DNA from: Eledone cirrhosa
Lineage: Eukaryota
Assembly (NCBI GenBank): GCA_964016885.1
Contig: OZ024745.1
Coordinates: 6,324,001-6,388,000 of the forward strand
Direction: 5' to 3'
DNA: 64,000 bases
The number at the start of each line of letters is the position of its first letter. Within the stretch, counting starts at the first letter, position 1. This document shows, piece after piece, positions 31,951-49,900 of this stretch. The notes below the pieces were generated by a model. The model did not search any database. It was not told where the DNA came from and saw only the letters and a program-made list of their open reading frames with translations. The translations under genes were made by a program, and so were the position numbers.

Positions 31951-34900
31951 GTCAGATATAGTATTATAATACTGTCAGATATAGTATTATAATACTGTCA
32001 GATATATTATTATAATACTGTGAGATATAGTATTATATTACTGTCAGATATAGTATTATAATACTGTCAGATATAGTATTATATTACTGTCAGATATAGT
32101 ATTATATTACTGTCTGATATAGTATTATAACACTGTCTGATATTGTATCATATCACTGTCAGATATAGTATAATAATACTGTCAGTTATAGTATTATATT
32201 ACTGTCAGATATAGTATTATAATACTGTCAGATATTGTATTATATCACTGTCAGATATAGTATTATAATACTGTCAGATATTGTATTATATCACTGTCAG
32301 ATATTGTATTATAGTACTGTCAGATATAGTATTATAAAATTTCTGATACTGTATTATATCACTGTCAGATATAGTATTATAATACTCTCAGATATAGTAT
32401 TATATTACTGTCAGATATAGTATTATAATACTGTCAGATATATTATTATAATACTGTAAGATATAGTATTATATTACTGTCAGATATAGTATTATAATAC
32501 TATCAGATATAATATTATAATACTGTCAGATATAGAATTATATTACTGTCAGATATAGTATTATATTATTGCCAGATATAGTATTATAATACTGTCAGAT
32601 ATAGTATTATATTACTGTTAGATATAGTATTATAATACTGTCAGATATAATGTTATAATACTGTCAGATATATTATTATATTACTGTCAGATATAGTATT
32701 ATAATGCTATCAGATATAGTATTATATTACTGTCAGATATAGTATTATATTACTGTCAGATATAGTATTATAATACTGTCAGATAGAGTATTACAATACT
32801 GTCTGACAGTATTATATTCCTGTCAGATATAGTATTATATTACTGTTAGATATAGTGTTATAATACTGTCAGATATAGTATTATAATACTGTCAGATATA
32901 GTATTATAGTACTGTCAGATATAGTAATATATTATGTCAGATATAGTATTATATTACTGTCAGATATAGTATTATATTACTGTCTGATATAGTATTATAA
33001 TACTGTCAGATATAGTATTATATTACTGTCAGATATTGTATTATATTACTGTCTGATACAGTATTATAATACCGTCAGATATAGTATTATATTACTGTCT
33101 GACAGTATTATATTATTGTCAGATATAGTATTATATTACTGTCAGATATAGTGTTATAATACTTCTCAGATATAGTATTATATTACTGTTAGATATAGTA
33201 TTATAATACTGTCAGATATTGTATTATATTACTGTCAGATACAGTATTATAATACTTCTCAGATATAGTATTATATTACTGTCAGATATAGTATTATATT
33301 ACTGTCAGATATAGTATTATAATACTGTCAGATATAGTGTTATAATACTGTCAGATATAGTATTATAATACTGTCAGATATACTATTATATTACTGTTAG
33401 ATATAGTATTATAATACTGTCAGATATAGTATTATAATACTGTCTGAGATAGTATTATATTACTGTCAGATATAGTATTATATTACTGTCAGATATAATA
33501 TTATATTACTATCTGATATAGTATTATAATACTGTATGATAGAGTATTATATTATTGTCAGATATAGTATTATAATACTCTCAGATATAGTATTATATTA
33601 CTGTTAGATATACAATTATAATACTGTCTGATATAGTATTATAATACTGTCAGATATAGTATTATATTACTGTTAGATATAGTATTATATTTCTGTCTGA
33701 TATCGTATTATATAACTGTCAGATATAGTATTATAATACTGTCAGATATAGTATTATAATACTGTCAGATATAGTATTATATTACTGTTAGATATAGTAT
33801 TATATTACTGTCAGATATAGTGTTATAATACTGTCAGATATAGTATTATTTTACTGTCAGATATAGTGTTATAATACTGTATGATAGAGTATTATAATAT
33901 TGTCAGATATTGTATTATATTTCTGTCAGATATAGTATTATAATACTTCTCAGATATAGTATTATATTACTGTTAGATATAGTATTATAATACTGTCACA
34001 TATTGTATTATAATACTGTCTGAGATAGTATTATATTACTGTCAGATATAGTATTATATTACTGTCAGATATAATATTATATTACTGTCTGATATAGTAT
34101 TATAATACTGTATGATAGAGTATTATATTATTGTCAGATATAGTATTATAATACTGTCAGATATAGTATTATAATACTATCAGATATAGTATTATAATAC
34201 TGTCAGATATAGTATTATATTACTGTCAGATATAGTATTATATTACTGTCAGATATAGTATTATAATACTGTCTTATAGAGTATTATAATACTGTCAGAT
34301 ATAGTATTATATTACTGTCAGATATAGTATTATAAACTGTCAGATATAGTATTATAATACTGTCAGTTATAGTATTATAACACTGTCAGGTATAGTATTA
34401 TAATACTGTCAGATATAGTATTATAATACTGTGAGATATATTATTATAATACTGTGAGATATAGTATTATATTACTGTCAGATATAGTATTAAGATACTG
34501 TCAGATATAGTATTATATTACTGTCAGATATAGTATTATATTACTGTCTGATATAGTATTATAATACTGTCTGATATTGTATCATATCACTGTCAGATAT
34601 AGTATAATAATACTGTCAGATATAGTAATATATTACTGTTAGATATAGTATTATAATACTGTCAGATATAATGTTATAATACTGTCAGATATATTATTAT
34701 ATTACTGTCAGATATAGTATTATAATGCTATCAGATATAGTATTATATTACTGTCAGATATAGTATTATATTACTGTCAGATATAGTATTATAATACTGT
34801 CAGATAGAGTATTACAATACTGTCTGACAGTATTATATTACTGTCAGATATAGTATTATATTACTGTTAGATATAGTGTTATAATACTGTCAGATATAGT

Positions 34901-36429
34901 ATTATAATACTGTCAGATATAGTATTATAGTACTGTCAGATATAGTAATATATTATGTCAGATATAGTATTATATTACTGTCAGATATAGTATTATATTA
35001 CTGTCTGATATAGTATTATAATACTGTCAGATATAGTATTATATTACTGTTAGATATAGTATTATATTTCTGTCTGATATCGTATTATATAACTGTCAGA
35101 TATAGTATTATAATACTGTCAGATATAGTATTATAATACTGTATGATAGAGTATTATATTATTGTCAGATATAGTATTATAATACTCTCAGATATAGTAT
35201 TATATTACTGTTAGATATAGTATTATAATACTGTCTGATATAGTATTATAATACTGTCAGATATAGTATTATATTACTGATAGATATAGTATTATATTTC
35301 TGTCTGATATCGTATTATATTACTGTCAGATACAGTATTATAATACTGTCAGATATAGTATTATATTACTGTTAGATATAGTATTATATTACTGTCAGAT
35401 CTAGTATTATATTACTGTCAGATATAGTATTATAATACTGTCAGATATAGTATTATAATACTGTCAGATATAGTATTATAATACTGTCAGATATAGTTTT
35501 ATATTACTGTCAGATATAGTATTATATTACTGTCAGATATAGTATTATAATACTGTCTTATAGAGTATTATAATACTGTCAGATATAGTATTATATTACT
35601 GTCAGATATAGTATTATAAACTGTCAGATATAGTATTATAATACTGTCAGATATAGTATTATAATACTGTCAGATATAGTATTATATTACTGTCAGATAT
35701 AGTATTATAAACTGTCAAATATAGTATTATAATACTGTCAGTTATAGTATTATAACACTGTCAGATATAGTATTATAATACTGTCAGATATAGTATTATA
35801 ATACTGTCAGATATATTATTATAATACTGTGAGATATATTATTATATTACTGTCAGATATAGTATTATAATACTGTCAGATATAGTATTATATTACTGTC
35901 AGATATAGTATTATATTACTGTCTGATATAGTATTATAATACTGTCTGATATTGTATCATATCACTGTCAGATATAGTATAATAATACTGTCAGATATAG
36001 TATTATATTACTGTTAGATATAGTATTATAATACTGTCAGATATAATGTTATAATACTGTCAGATATATTATTATATTACTGTCAGATATAGTATTATAA
36101 TGCTATCAGATATAGTATTATATTACTGTCAGATATAGTATTATATTACTGTCAGATATAGTATTATAATACTGTCAGATAGAGTATTACAATACTGTCT
36201 GACAGTATTATATTCCTGTCAGATATAGTATTATATTACTGTTAGATATAGTGTTATAATACTGTCAGATATAGTATTATAATACTGTCAGATATAGTAT
36301 TATAGTACTGTCAGATATAGTAATATATTATGTCAGATATAGTATTATATTACTGTCAGATATAGTATTATAATGCTGTCAGATATAGTATTATATTACT
36401 GTCAGATATAGTATTATATTACTGTCTGA

Positions 36430-39400
36430 TACAGTATTATAATACCGTCAGATATAGTATTATATTACTGTCTGACAGTATTATATTATTGTCAGATATA
36501 GTATTATATTACTGTCAGATATAGTGTTATAATACTGTCAGATATAGTATTATATTACTGTCAGATATAGTGTTATAATACTGTATGATAGAGTATTATA
36601 ATATTGTCAGATATTGTATTATATTTCTGTCAGATATAGTATTATAATACTTCTCAGATATAGTATTATATTACTGTTAGATATAGTACTATAATACTGT
36701 CAGATATTGTATTATATTACTGTCAATTATAGTATTATAATACTTCTCAGATATAGTATTATATTACTGTCAGATATAGTATTATAATACTGTGTGACAG
36801 TATTATATTACTGTCAGATATAGTATTATATTACTGTCAGATATAGTATTATAATACTGTCAGATATAGTGTTATGATACTGTCAGATATAGTATTATAA
36901 TACTGTCAGATATACTATTATATTACTGTTAGATATAGTATTATAATACTGTCAGATATATTATTATAATACTGTCTGAGATAGTATTATATTACTGTCA
37001 GATATAGTATTATATTACTGTCAGATATAATATTATATTACTGTCTGATATAGTATTATAATACTGTATGATAGAATATTATATTATTGTCAGATATAGT
37101 ATTATAATACTCTCAGATATAGTATTATATTACTGTTAGATATAGTATTATAATACTGTCTGTTATAGTATTATAATACTGTCAGATATAGTATTATATT
37201 ACTGTTAGATATAGTATTATATTACTGTCAGATATAGTATTATATTACTGTCAGATATAGTATTATAATACTGTCAGATATAGTATTATAATACTGTCAG
37301 ATATAGTATTATATTACTGTCAGATATAGTATTATATTACTGTCAGATATAGTATTATAATACTATCTTATAGAGTATTATAATACTGTCAGATATAGTA
37401 TTATATTACTGTCAGATATAGTATTATAAACTGTCAGATATAGTATTATAATACTGTCAGATATAGTATTATAATACTGTCAGATATAGTATTATAATAC
37501 TGTCAGTTATAGTATTATAACACTGTCAGATATAGTATTATAATACTGTCAGATATAGTATTATAATACTGTCAGATATATTATTATAATACTGTGAGAT
37601 ATAGTATTATATTACTGTCAGATATAGTATTATAATACTGTCTTATATTGTATCATATCACTGTCAGATATAGTATAATAATACTGTCAGTTATAGTATT
37701 ATATTACTGTCAGATATAGTATTATAATACTGTCAGATATTGTATTATATCACTGTCAGATATAGTATTATAATACTGTCAGATATATTTATTATATCAC
37801 TGTCAGATATTGTATTATAGTACTGTCAGATATAGTATTATAAAATTTCTGATACTGTATTATATCACTGTCAGATATAGTATTATAATACTCTCAGATA
37901 TAGTATTATATTACTGTCAGATATAGTATTATAATACTGTCAGATATATTATTATAATACTGTAAGATATAATATTATATTACTGTCAGATATAGTATTA
38001 TAATACTATCAGATATAATATTATAATACTGTCAGATATAGAATTATATTACTGTCAGAAATAGTATTATATTATTGCCAGATATAGTATTATAATACTG
38101 TCAGATATAGTATTATATTACTGTTAGATATAGTATTATAATACTGTCAGATATAATGTTATAATACTGTCAGATATATTATTATATTACTGTCAGATAT
38201 AGTATTATAATGCTATCAGATATAGTATTATATTACTGTCAGATATAGTATTATATTACTGTCAGATATAGTATTATAATACTGTCAGATAGAGTATTAC
38301 AATACTGTCTGACAGTATTATATTCCTGTCAGATATAGTATTATATTACTGTTAGATATAGTGTTATAATACTGTCAGATATAGTATTATAATACTGTCA
38401 GATATAGTATTATAGTACTGTCAGATATAGTAATATATTATGTCAGATATAGTATTATATTACTGTCAGATATAGTATTATATTACTGTCTGATATAGTA
38501 TTATAATACCGTCAGATATAGTATTATATTACTGTCAGATATATTATTATATTACTGTCTGATACAGTATTATAATACCGTCAGATATAGTATTATATTA
38601 CTGTCTGACAGTATTATATTATTGTCAAATATAGTATTATATTACTGTCAGATATAGTGTTATAATACTGTCAGATATAGTATTATATTACTGTCAGATA
38701 TAGTGTTATAATACTGTATGATAGAGTATTATAATATTGTCAGATATTGTATTATATTTCTGTCAGATATAGTATTATAATACTTCTCAGATATAGTATT
38801 ATATTACTGTTAGATATAGTACTATAATACTGTCAGATATTGTATTATATTACTGTCAATTATAGTATTATAATACTTCTCAGATATAGTATTATATTAC
38901 TGTCAGATATAGTATTATAATACTGTGTGACAGTATTATATTACTGTCAGATATAGTATTATATTACTGTCAGATATAGTATTATAATACTGTCAGATAT
39001 AGTGTTATGATACTGTCAGATATAGTATTATAATACTGTCAGATATACTATTATATTACTGTTAGATATAGTATTATAATACTGTCAGATATATTATTAT
39101 AATACTGTCTGAGATAGTATTATATTACTGTCAGATATAGTATTATATTACTGTCAGATATAATATTATATTACTGTCTGATATAGTATTATAATACTGT
39201 ATGATAGAATATTATATTATTGTCAGATATAGTATTATAATACTCTCAGATATAGTATTATATTACTGTTAGATATAGTATTATAATACTGTCTGTTATA
39301 GTATTATAATACTGTCAGATATAGTATTATATTACTGTTAGATATAGTATTATATTACTGTCAGATATAGTATTATATTACTGTCAGATATAGTATTATA

Positions 39401-40990
39401 ATACTGTCAGATATAGTATTATAATACTGTCAGATATAGTATTATATTACTGTCAGATATAGTATTATATTACTGTCAGATATAGTATTATAATACTATC
39501 TTATAGAGTATTATAATACTGTCAGATATAGCATTATATTACTGTCAGATATAGTATTATAAACTGTCAGATATAGTATTATAATACTGTCAGATATAGT
39601 ATTATAATACTGTCAGATATAGTATTATAATACTGTCAGTTATAGTATTATAACACTGTCAGATATAGTATTATAATACTGTCAGATATAGTATTATAAT
39701 ACTGTCAGATATATTATTATAATACTGTGAGATATAGTATTATATTACTGTCAGATATAGTATTATAATACTGTCTTATATTGTATCATATCACTGTCAG
39801 ATATAGTATAATAATACTGTCAGTTATAGTATTATATTACTGTCAGATATAGTATTATAATACTGTCAGATATTGTATTATATCACTGTCAGATATAGTA
39901 TTATAATACTGTCAGATATATTTATTATATCACTGTCAGATATTGTATTATAGTACTGTCAGATATAGTATTATAAAATTTCTGATACTGTATTATATCA
40001 CTGTCAGATATAGTATTATAATACTCTCAGATATAGTATTATATTACTGTCAGATATAGTATTATAATACTGTCAGATATATTATTATAATACTGTAAGA
40101 TATAATATTATATTACTGTCAGATATAGTATTATAATACTATCAGATATAATATTATAATACTGTCAGATATAGAATTATATTACTGTCAGAAATAGTAT
40201 TATATTATTGCCAGATATAGTATTATAATACTGTCAGATATAGTATTATATTACTGTTAGATATAGTATTATAATACTGTCAGATATAATGTTATAATAC
40301 TGTCAGATATATTATTATATTACTGTCAGATATAGTATTATAATGCTATCAGATATAGTATTATATTACTGTCAGATATAGTATTATATTACTGTCAGAT
40401 ATAGTATTATAATACTGTCAGATAGAGTATTACAATACTGTCTGACAGTATTATATTCCTGTCAGATATAGTATTATATTACTGTTAGATATAGTGTTAT
40501 AATACTGTCAGATATAGTATTATAATACTGTCAGATATAGTATTATAGTACTGTCAGATATAGTAATATATTATGTCAGATATAGTATTATATTACTGTC
40601 AGATATAGTATTATATTACTGTCTGATATAGTATTATAATACTGTCAGATATAGTATTATATTACTGTCAGATATATTATTATATTACTGTCTGATACAG
40701 TATTATAATACCGTCAGATATAGTATTATATTACTGTCTGACAGTATTATATTATTGTCAAATATAGTATTATATTACTGTCAGATATAGTGTTATAATA
40801 CTGTCAGATATAGTATTATATTACTGTCAGATATAGTGTTATAATACTGTATGATAGAGTATTATAATATTGTCAGATATTGTATTATATTTCTGTCAGA
40901 TATAGTATTATAATACTTCTCAGATATAGTATTATATTACTGTTAGATATAGTATTATAATACTGTCAGATATTGTATTATATTACTGTC
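36430..40990 (+). repeat. Tandem higher-order duplication, period 2133 bp
   Basis: CAATTATAG 36724/38857, TGTGTGACAG 36791/38924, TCAGAAATAG 38055/40188 and ATTGTCAAAT 38621/40754 are all +2133. Boundaries approximate. Confidence 0.87.
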
Positions 40991-43900
40991 AGATATAGTA
41001 TTATAATACTGTTAGATATAGTATTATAATACTGTCAGATATAGTATTATAATACTGTCTGAGATAGTATTATATTACTGTCAGATATAGTATTATATTA
41101 CTGTCAGATATAATATTATATTACTGTCTGATATAGTATTATAATACTGTATGATAGAGTATTATATTATTGTCAGATATAGTATTATAATACTCTCAGA
41201 TATAGTATTATATTACTGTCAGATATAGTATTATATTACTGTCAGATATAGTATTATAATACTGTCAGATATAGTGTTATAATACTGTCAGATATAGTAT
41301 TATAATACTGTCAGATATACTATTATATTACTGTTAGATATAGTATTATAATACTGTCAGATATAGTATTATAGTACTGTCTGAGATAGTATTATATTAC
41401 TGTCAGATATAGTATTATATTACTGTCAGATATAATATTATATTACTGTCTGATATAGTATTATAATACTGTATGATAGAGTATTATATTATTGTCAGAT
41501 ATAGTATTATAATACTCTCAGATATAGTATTATATTACTGTTAGATATAGTATTATAATACTGTCTGATATAGTATTATAATACTGTCAGATATAGTATT
41601 ATATTACTGTTAGATATAGTATTATATTTCTGTCTGATATCGTATTATATTACTGTCAGATATAGTATTATAATACTGTCAGATATAGTATTATAATACT
41701 GTCAGATATAGTATTATATTACTGTTAGATATAGTATTATATTACTGTCAGATATAGTATTATATTACTGTCAGATATAGTATTATAATACTGTCGGATA
41801 TAGTATTATAATACTGTCAGATATAGTATTATAATACTGTCTGATATTGTATTATATCACTGTCAGATATAGTATTATATTACTGTCTGATATAGTATTA
41901 TATCACTGTCAGATAAAGTATTATAATACTGTCAGATATAGTATTATAATACTGTCAGATATAGTATTATAATACTGTCAGATATAGTATTATATTACTG
42001 TCAGATATATTATTATATTACTGACAGATATAGTATTGTATTGCTGTCAGATATAGAATTATAATACTGTCAGATATAATGTTATAATACTGTCTGATAT
42101 AGTATTATAATACTGTCAGATATAGTATTATATTATTGTCAGATATAGTATTATAATACTGTCTGCTATAGTATTATAATATTGTCAGATATAGTATTAT
42201 ATTACTGTCAGATATAGTATTATATTACTGTCAGATATAGTATTATAATACTGTCAGATATAATATTATAACACTGTCAGATATAGAATAATAATACTGT
42301 CTCATATAGTATTATATTATTGTCAGATATAGTATTATATTACTGTCAGATAAAGTATTATATTACTGTTAGATATAGTATTATAATACTGTCAGATATA
42401 GTATTATATTATTGTCAGATATAGTATTATATTACTGTCTGATATAGTATTAAAATACTGTCAGATACAGTATTATATTACTGTCAGATATAGTATTATA
42501 ATACTGTCTGATATTGTATTATATTACTGTTTGATATAGTATTATATTTCTGTCTGATATAGTATTATATTACTGTCAGATATAGTATTATAATACTGTC
42601 AGATATAGTATTATAATACTGTCAGATATAGTATTATATTACTTTTAGATATAGTATTATATTACTGTCAGATACAGTATTATATTACTGTCAGATATAG
42701 TATTATAATACTGTCAGATATAGTATTATAATACTGTCAGATATAGTATTATAATACTGTCAGATATAGTATTATATTACTGTCAGATATTGTATTATAT
42801 TACTGTCAGCTATAGTATTATAATACGGTCTGACAGTACTATATTACTGTCAGATAAAGTATTATATTACTGTCAGATATAGTGTTATAATACTGTAAGA
42901 TATAGTATTATATTACTGTCAGATATAGTGTGATAATACCGTCTGATATAGTATTATAATACTGTCAGATATAGTATTATAATACTGTCAGATATACTAT
43001 TATATTACTGTCAGATATAGTGTGATAATACTGTCTGATATAGTATTATAATACTGTCAGATATTGTATTATATTACTGTCAGATATAGTATTATAATAC
43101 TTCTCAGATATAGTATTATATTACTGTTAGATATAGTATTATAATACTGTCAGATATTGTATTATATTACTGTCAGATATAGTATTATAATATTTCTCAG
43201 ATATAGTATTATATTACTGTCAGATATAGTATTATAATACTGTCAGATATTGTATTATATTACTGTCAGATATAGTATTATATTATTGTCAGATATAGTG
43301 TTATAATACTGTCTGATATAGTATTATAATACTGTCAGTTATAGTATTATATTACTGTCAGATATAGTATTATATTACTGTCAGATATAGTATTATAATA
43401 CTGTCAGATATAGTATTATAATACTGTCAGATATAGTATTATAATACTGTCAGATATAGTATTATATTACTGTCAGATATAGTATTATAATACTGTCTGA
43501 TATTGTATTATATCACTGTCAGATATAGTATTATAATACTCTCAGTTATAGTATTATATTACTGTCAGATATAGTATTATATTACTGTCAGATATAGTAT
43601 TATATTACTGTCAGATATAGTATTAAGTTACTGTCAGATATAGTATTATAATACTGTCTGATATTGTATTATATCACTGTCAGATATAGTATTATATTCC
43701 TGTCTGATATAGTATTATATCACTGTCAGATAAAGTATTATAATACTGTCAGATATGTTATTATAATACTGTAAGATATAGTATTATATTACTGTCAGAT
43801 ATAGTATTATAATACTGTCAGATATAGTATTATAATACTGTCAGATATAGTATTATAATACTGTCAGATATAGTATTATATTACTGTTAGATATAGTATT

Positions 43901-46900
43901 ATAATACTGTCAGATATAATGTTATAATACTGTCAGATATAGTATTATAATACTGTCTGATATAGTATTATAATATTGTCAGATATAGTATTATATTACT
44001 GTCAGATATAGTATTATATTACTGTCAGATATAGTATTATAATACTGTCAGATATAATATTATAACACTGTCAGATATAGAGTTATAATACTGTCTGATA
44101 TAGTATTATATTATTGTCAGATATAGTATTATATTACTGTCAGATAAAGTATTATATTACTGTTAGATATAGTATTATAATACTGTCAGATATAGTATTA
44201 TATTATTGTCAGATATAGTATTATATTACTGTCTGATATAGTATTAGAATACTGTCAGATACAGTATTATATTACTGTCAGATATAGTATTATAATACTG
44301 TCTGATATTGTATTATATTACTGTTTGATATAGTATTATATTTCTGTCTGATATAGTATTATATTACTGTCAGATATAGTATTATAATACTGTCAGATAT
44401 AGTATTATAATACTGTCAGATATAGTATTATATTACTTTTAGATATAGTATTATATTACTGTCAGATACAGTATTATATTACTGTCAGATATAGTATTAT
44501 AATATTGTCAGATATAGTATTATAATACTGTCAGATATAGTATTATAATACTGTCAGATATAGTATTATATTACTGTCAGATATTGTATTATATTACTGT
44601 CAGCTATAGTATTATAATACTGTCTGACAGTACTATATTACTGTCAGATGAAGTATTATATTACTGTCAGATATAGTGTTATAATACTGTAAGATATAGT
44701 ATTATATTACTGTCAGATATAGTGTGATAATACTGTCTGATATAGTATTATAATACTGTCAGATATAGTATTATAATACTGTCAGATATAGTATTATATT
44801 ACTGTCAGATATAGTGTGATAATACTGTCTGATATAGTATTATAATACTGTCAGATATTGTATTATATTACTGTCAGATATAGTATTATAATACTTCTCA
44901 GATATAGTAATATATTACTGTTAGATATAGTATTGTAATACTGTCAGATATTGTATTATATTACTGTCAGATATAGTATTATAATATTTCTCAGATATAG
45001 TATTATATTACTGTCAGATATAGTATTATAATACTGTCTAACCGTATTATATTACTGTCAGATATAGTATTATATTACTGTCAGATATAGTGTTATAATA
45101 CTGTCTGATATAGTATTATAATACTGTCAGTTATAGTATTATATTACTGTCAGATATAGTATTATATTACTGTCAGATATAGTATTATAATACTGTCAGA
45201 TATAGTATTATAATACTGTCAGATATAGTATTATAATACTGTCAGATATAGTATTATATTACTGTCAGATATAGTATTATAATACTGTCTGATATTGTAT
45301 TATATCACTGTCAGATATAGTATTATAATACTCTCAGTTATAGTATTATATTACTGTCAGATATAGTATTATATTACTGTCAGATATAGTATTATATTAC
45401 TGTCAGATATAGTATTAATTTACTGTCAGATATAGTATTATAATACTGTCAGATATTGTATTATATCACTGTCAGATATAGTATTATATTACTGTCTGAT
45501 ATATTATTATATCACTGTCAGATGAAGTATTATAATGATGTCAGATATAGTATTATAATACTGTCAGATATAGTATTATAATACTGTCAGATATGTTATT
45601 ATAATACTGTAAGATATAGTATTATATTACTGTCAGATTCAGTATTATAATACTGTCAGATATAGTATTATAATACTGTCAGATATAGTATTATAATACT
45701 GTCAGATATAGTATTATATTACTGTTAGATATAGTATTATAATACTGTCAGATATAATGTTATAATACTGTCAGATATAGTATTATAATACTGTCAGATA
45801 TAGTATTATATTACTGTCAGATATATTATTATATTACTGACAGATATAGTATTGTATTGCTGTCAGATATAGAATTATAATACTGTCAGATATAATTTTA
45901 TAATACTGTCAGATATAGTATTATAATACTGTCAGATATAGTATTATATTATTGTCAGATATAGTATTATAATACTGTCTGATATAGTATTATAATATTG
46001 TCAGATATAGTATTATATTACTGTCAGATATAGTATTATATTACCGTCAGATATAGTATTATAATACTGTCAGATATAATATTATAACACTGTCAGATAT
46101 AGAATTATAATACTGTCTGATATAGTATTATATTATTGTCAGATATAGTATTATATTACTGTCAGATAAAGTATTATATTACTGTTAGATATAGTATTAT
46201 AATACTGTCAGATATAGTATTATATTATTGTCAGATATAGTATTATATTACTGTCTGATATAGTATTAAAATACTGTCAGATACAGTATTATATTACTGT
46301 CAGATATAGTATTATAATACTGTCTGATATTGTATTATATTACTGTTTGATATAGTATTATATTTCTGTCTGATATAGTATTATATTACTGTCAGATATA
46401 GTATTATAATACTGTCAGATATAGTATTATAATACTGTCAGATATAGTATTATATTACTCTTAGATATAGTATTATATTACTGTCAGATATAGTATTATA
46501 TTACTGTCAGATATAGTATTATAATACTGTCAGATATAGTATTATAATACTGTCAGATATAGTATTATAATACTGTCAGATATAGTATTATATTACTGTC
46601 AGATATTGTATTATATTACTGTCAGCTATAGTATTATAATACTGTCTGACAGTACTATATTACTGTCAGATAAAGTATTATATTACTGTCAGATATAGTG
46701 TTATAATACCGTAAGATATAGTATTATATTACTGTCAGATATAGTGTGATAATACTGTCTGATATAGTATTATAATACTGTCAGATATAGTATTATAATA
46801 CTGTCAGATATAGTATTGTATTACTGTCAGATATAGTGTGATAATACTGTCTGTTATAGTATTATAATACTGTCAGATATTGTATTATATTACTGTCAGA

Positions 46901-49900
46901 TATAGTATTATAATACTTCTCAGATATAGTATTATATTACTGTTAGATATAGTTTTATAATACTGTCAGATATTGTATTATATTACTGTCAGATATAGTA
47001 TTATAATATTTCTCAGATATAGTATTATATTACTGTCAGATATAGTATTATAATACTGTCTAACCATATTATATTACTGTCAGATATAGTATTATATTAC
47101 TGTCAGATATAGTGTTATAATACTGTCTGATATAGTATTATAATACTGTCAGTTATAGTATTATATTACTGTCAGATATAGTATTATATTACTGTCAGAT
47201 ATAGTATTATAATACTGTCAGATATAGTATTATAATACTGTCAGATATAGTATTATAATACTGTCAGATATAGTATTATATTACTGTCAGATATAGTATT
47301 ATAATACTGTCTGATATTGTATTATATCACTGTCAGATATAGTATTATAATACTCTCAGTTATAGTATTATATTACTGTCAGATATAGTATTATATTACT
47401 GTCAGATATAGTATTATATTACTGTCAGATATAGTATTAATTTACTGTCAGATATAGTATTATAATACTGTCAGATATTGTATTATATCACTGTCAGATA
47501 TAGTATTATATTACTGTCAGATGAAGTATTATAATGATGTCAGATATAGTATTATAATACTGTCAGATATAGTATTATAATACTGTCAGATATGTTATTA
47601 TAATACTGTAAGATATAGTATTATATTACTGTCAGATTCAGTATTATAATACTGTCAGATATAGTATTATATTACTGTCAGATATATTATTATATTACTG
47701 ACAGATATAGTATTGTATTGCTGTCAGATATAGAATTATAATACTGTCAGATATAATTTTATAATACTGTCAGATATAGTATTATAATACTGTCAGATAT
47801 AGTATTATATTATTGTCAGATATAGTATTATAATACTGTCTGATATAGTATTATAATATTGTCAGATATAGTATTATATTACTGTCAGATATAGTATTAT
47901 ATTACCGTCAGATATAGTATTATAATACTGTCAGATATAATATTATAACACTGTCAGATATAGAATTATAATACTGTCTGATATAGTATTATATTATTGT
48001 CAGATATAGTATTATATTACTGTCAGATAAAGTATTATATTACTGTTAGATATAGTATTATAATACTGTCAGATATAGTATTATATTATTGTCAGATATA
48101 GTATTATATTACTGTCTGATATAGTATTAAAATACTGTCAGATACAGTATTATATTACTGTCAGATATAGTATTATAATACTGTCTGATATTGTATTATA
48201 TTACTGTTTGATATAGTATTATATTTCTGTCTGATATAGTATTATATTACTGTCAGATATAGTATTATAATACTGTCAGATATAGTATTATAATACTGTC
48301 AGATATAGTATTATATTACTCTTAGATATAGTATTATATTACTGTCAGATATAGTATTATATTACTGTCAGATATAGTATTATAATACTGTCAGATATAG
48401 TATTATAATACTGTCAGATATAGTATTATAATACTGTCAGATATAGTATTATATTACTGTCAGATATTGTATTATATTACTGTCAGCTATAGTATTATAA
48501 TACTGTCTGACAGTACTATATTACTGTCAGATAAAGTATTATATTACTGTCAGATATAGTGTTATAATACCGTAAGATATAGTATTATATTACTGTCAGA
48601 TATAGTGTGATAATACTGTCTGATATAGTATTATAATACTGTCAGATATAGTATTATAATACTGTCAGATATAGTATTATATCACTGTCAGATATAGTAT
48701 TATAATACTGTCAGATATTGTATTATATCACTGTCAGATATTGTATTATAGTACTGTCAGATATAGTATTATAATATTCCTGATACTGTATAATATCACT
48801 GTCAGATATAGTATTATAATACTCTCAGATATATTATTATATTACTGTCAGATATAGTATTATAATACTATCAGATATAATATTATAATACTGTCAGATA
48901 TAGAATTATATTACTGTCAGATATAGTATTATATTATTGTCAGATATAGTATTATAATACTGTCAGATATAGTATTATATTACTGTTAGATATAGTATTA
49001 TAATACTGTCAGATATAATGTTATAATACTGTCAGATATATTATTATATTACTGTCAGATATAGTATTATAATGCTATCAGATATAGTATTATATTACTG
49101 TCAGATATAGCATTATATTACTGTCAGATATAGTATTATAATGCTGTCAGATAGAGTATTACAATACTGTCTGACAGTATTATATTCCTGTCAGATATAG
49201 TATTATATTACTGTTAGATATAGTGTTATAATACTGTCAGATATAGTATTATAATACTGTCAGATATAGTATTATAGTACTGTCAGATATAGTAATATAT
49301 TATGTCAGATATAGTATTATATTACTGTCAGATATAGTATTATATTACTGTCTGATATAGTATTATAATACTGTCAGATATAGTATTATATTACTGTCAG
49401 ATATAGTATTATATTACTGTCTGATACAGTATTATAATACCGTCAGATATAGTATTATATTACTGTCTGACAGTATTATATTATTGTCAGATATAGTATT
49501 ATATTACTGTCAGATATAGTGTTATAATACTGTCAGATACAGTATTATATTACTGTCAGATATAGTATTATAATACTGTCTGATATTGTATTATATTACT
49601 GTTTGATATAGTATTATATTTCTGTCTGATATAGTATTATATTACTGTCAGATATAGTATTATAATACTGTCAGATATAGTATTATAATACTGTCAGATA
49701 TAGTATTATATTACTTTTAGATATAGTATTATATTACTGTCAGATACAGTATTATATTACTGTCAGATATAGTATTATAATACTGTCAGATATAGTATTA
49801 TAATACTGTCAGATATAGTATTATAATACTGTCAGATATAGTATTATATTACTGTCAGATATTGTATTATATTACTGTCAGCTATAGTATTATAATACTG

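Noticed and set aside
32235-32420. 61-aa ORF from the supplied track (MYYITVRYSIIILSDIVLYHCQI...)
   Set aside because: It is translated satellite. It starts at TTG and repeats every 23 aa (3 monomers = 69 bp); it is open only because local TAG>TTG/CTG variants remove stops. No coding features.
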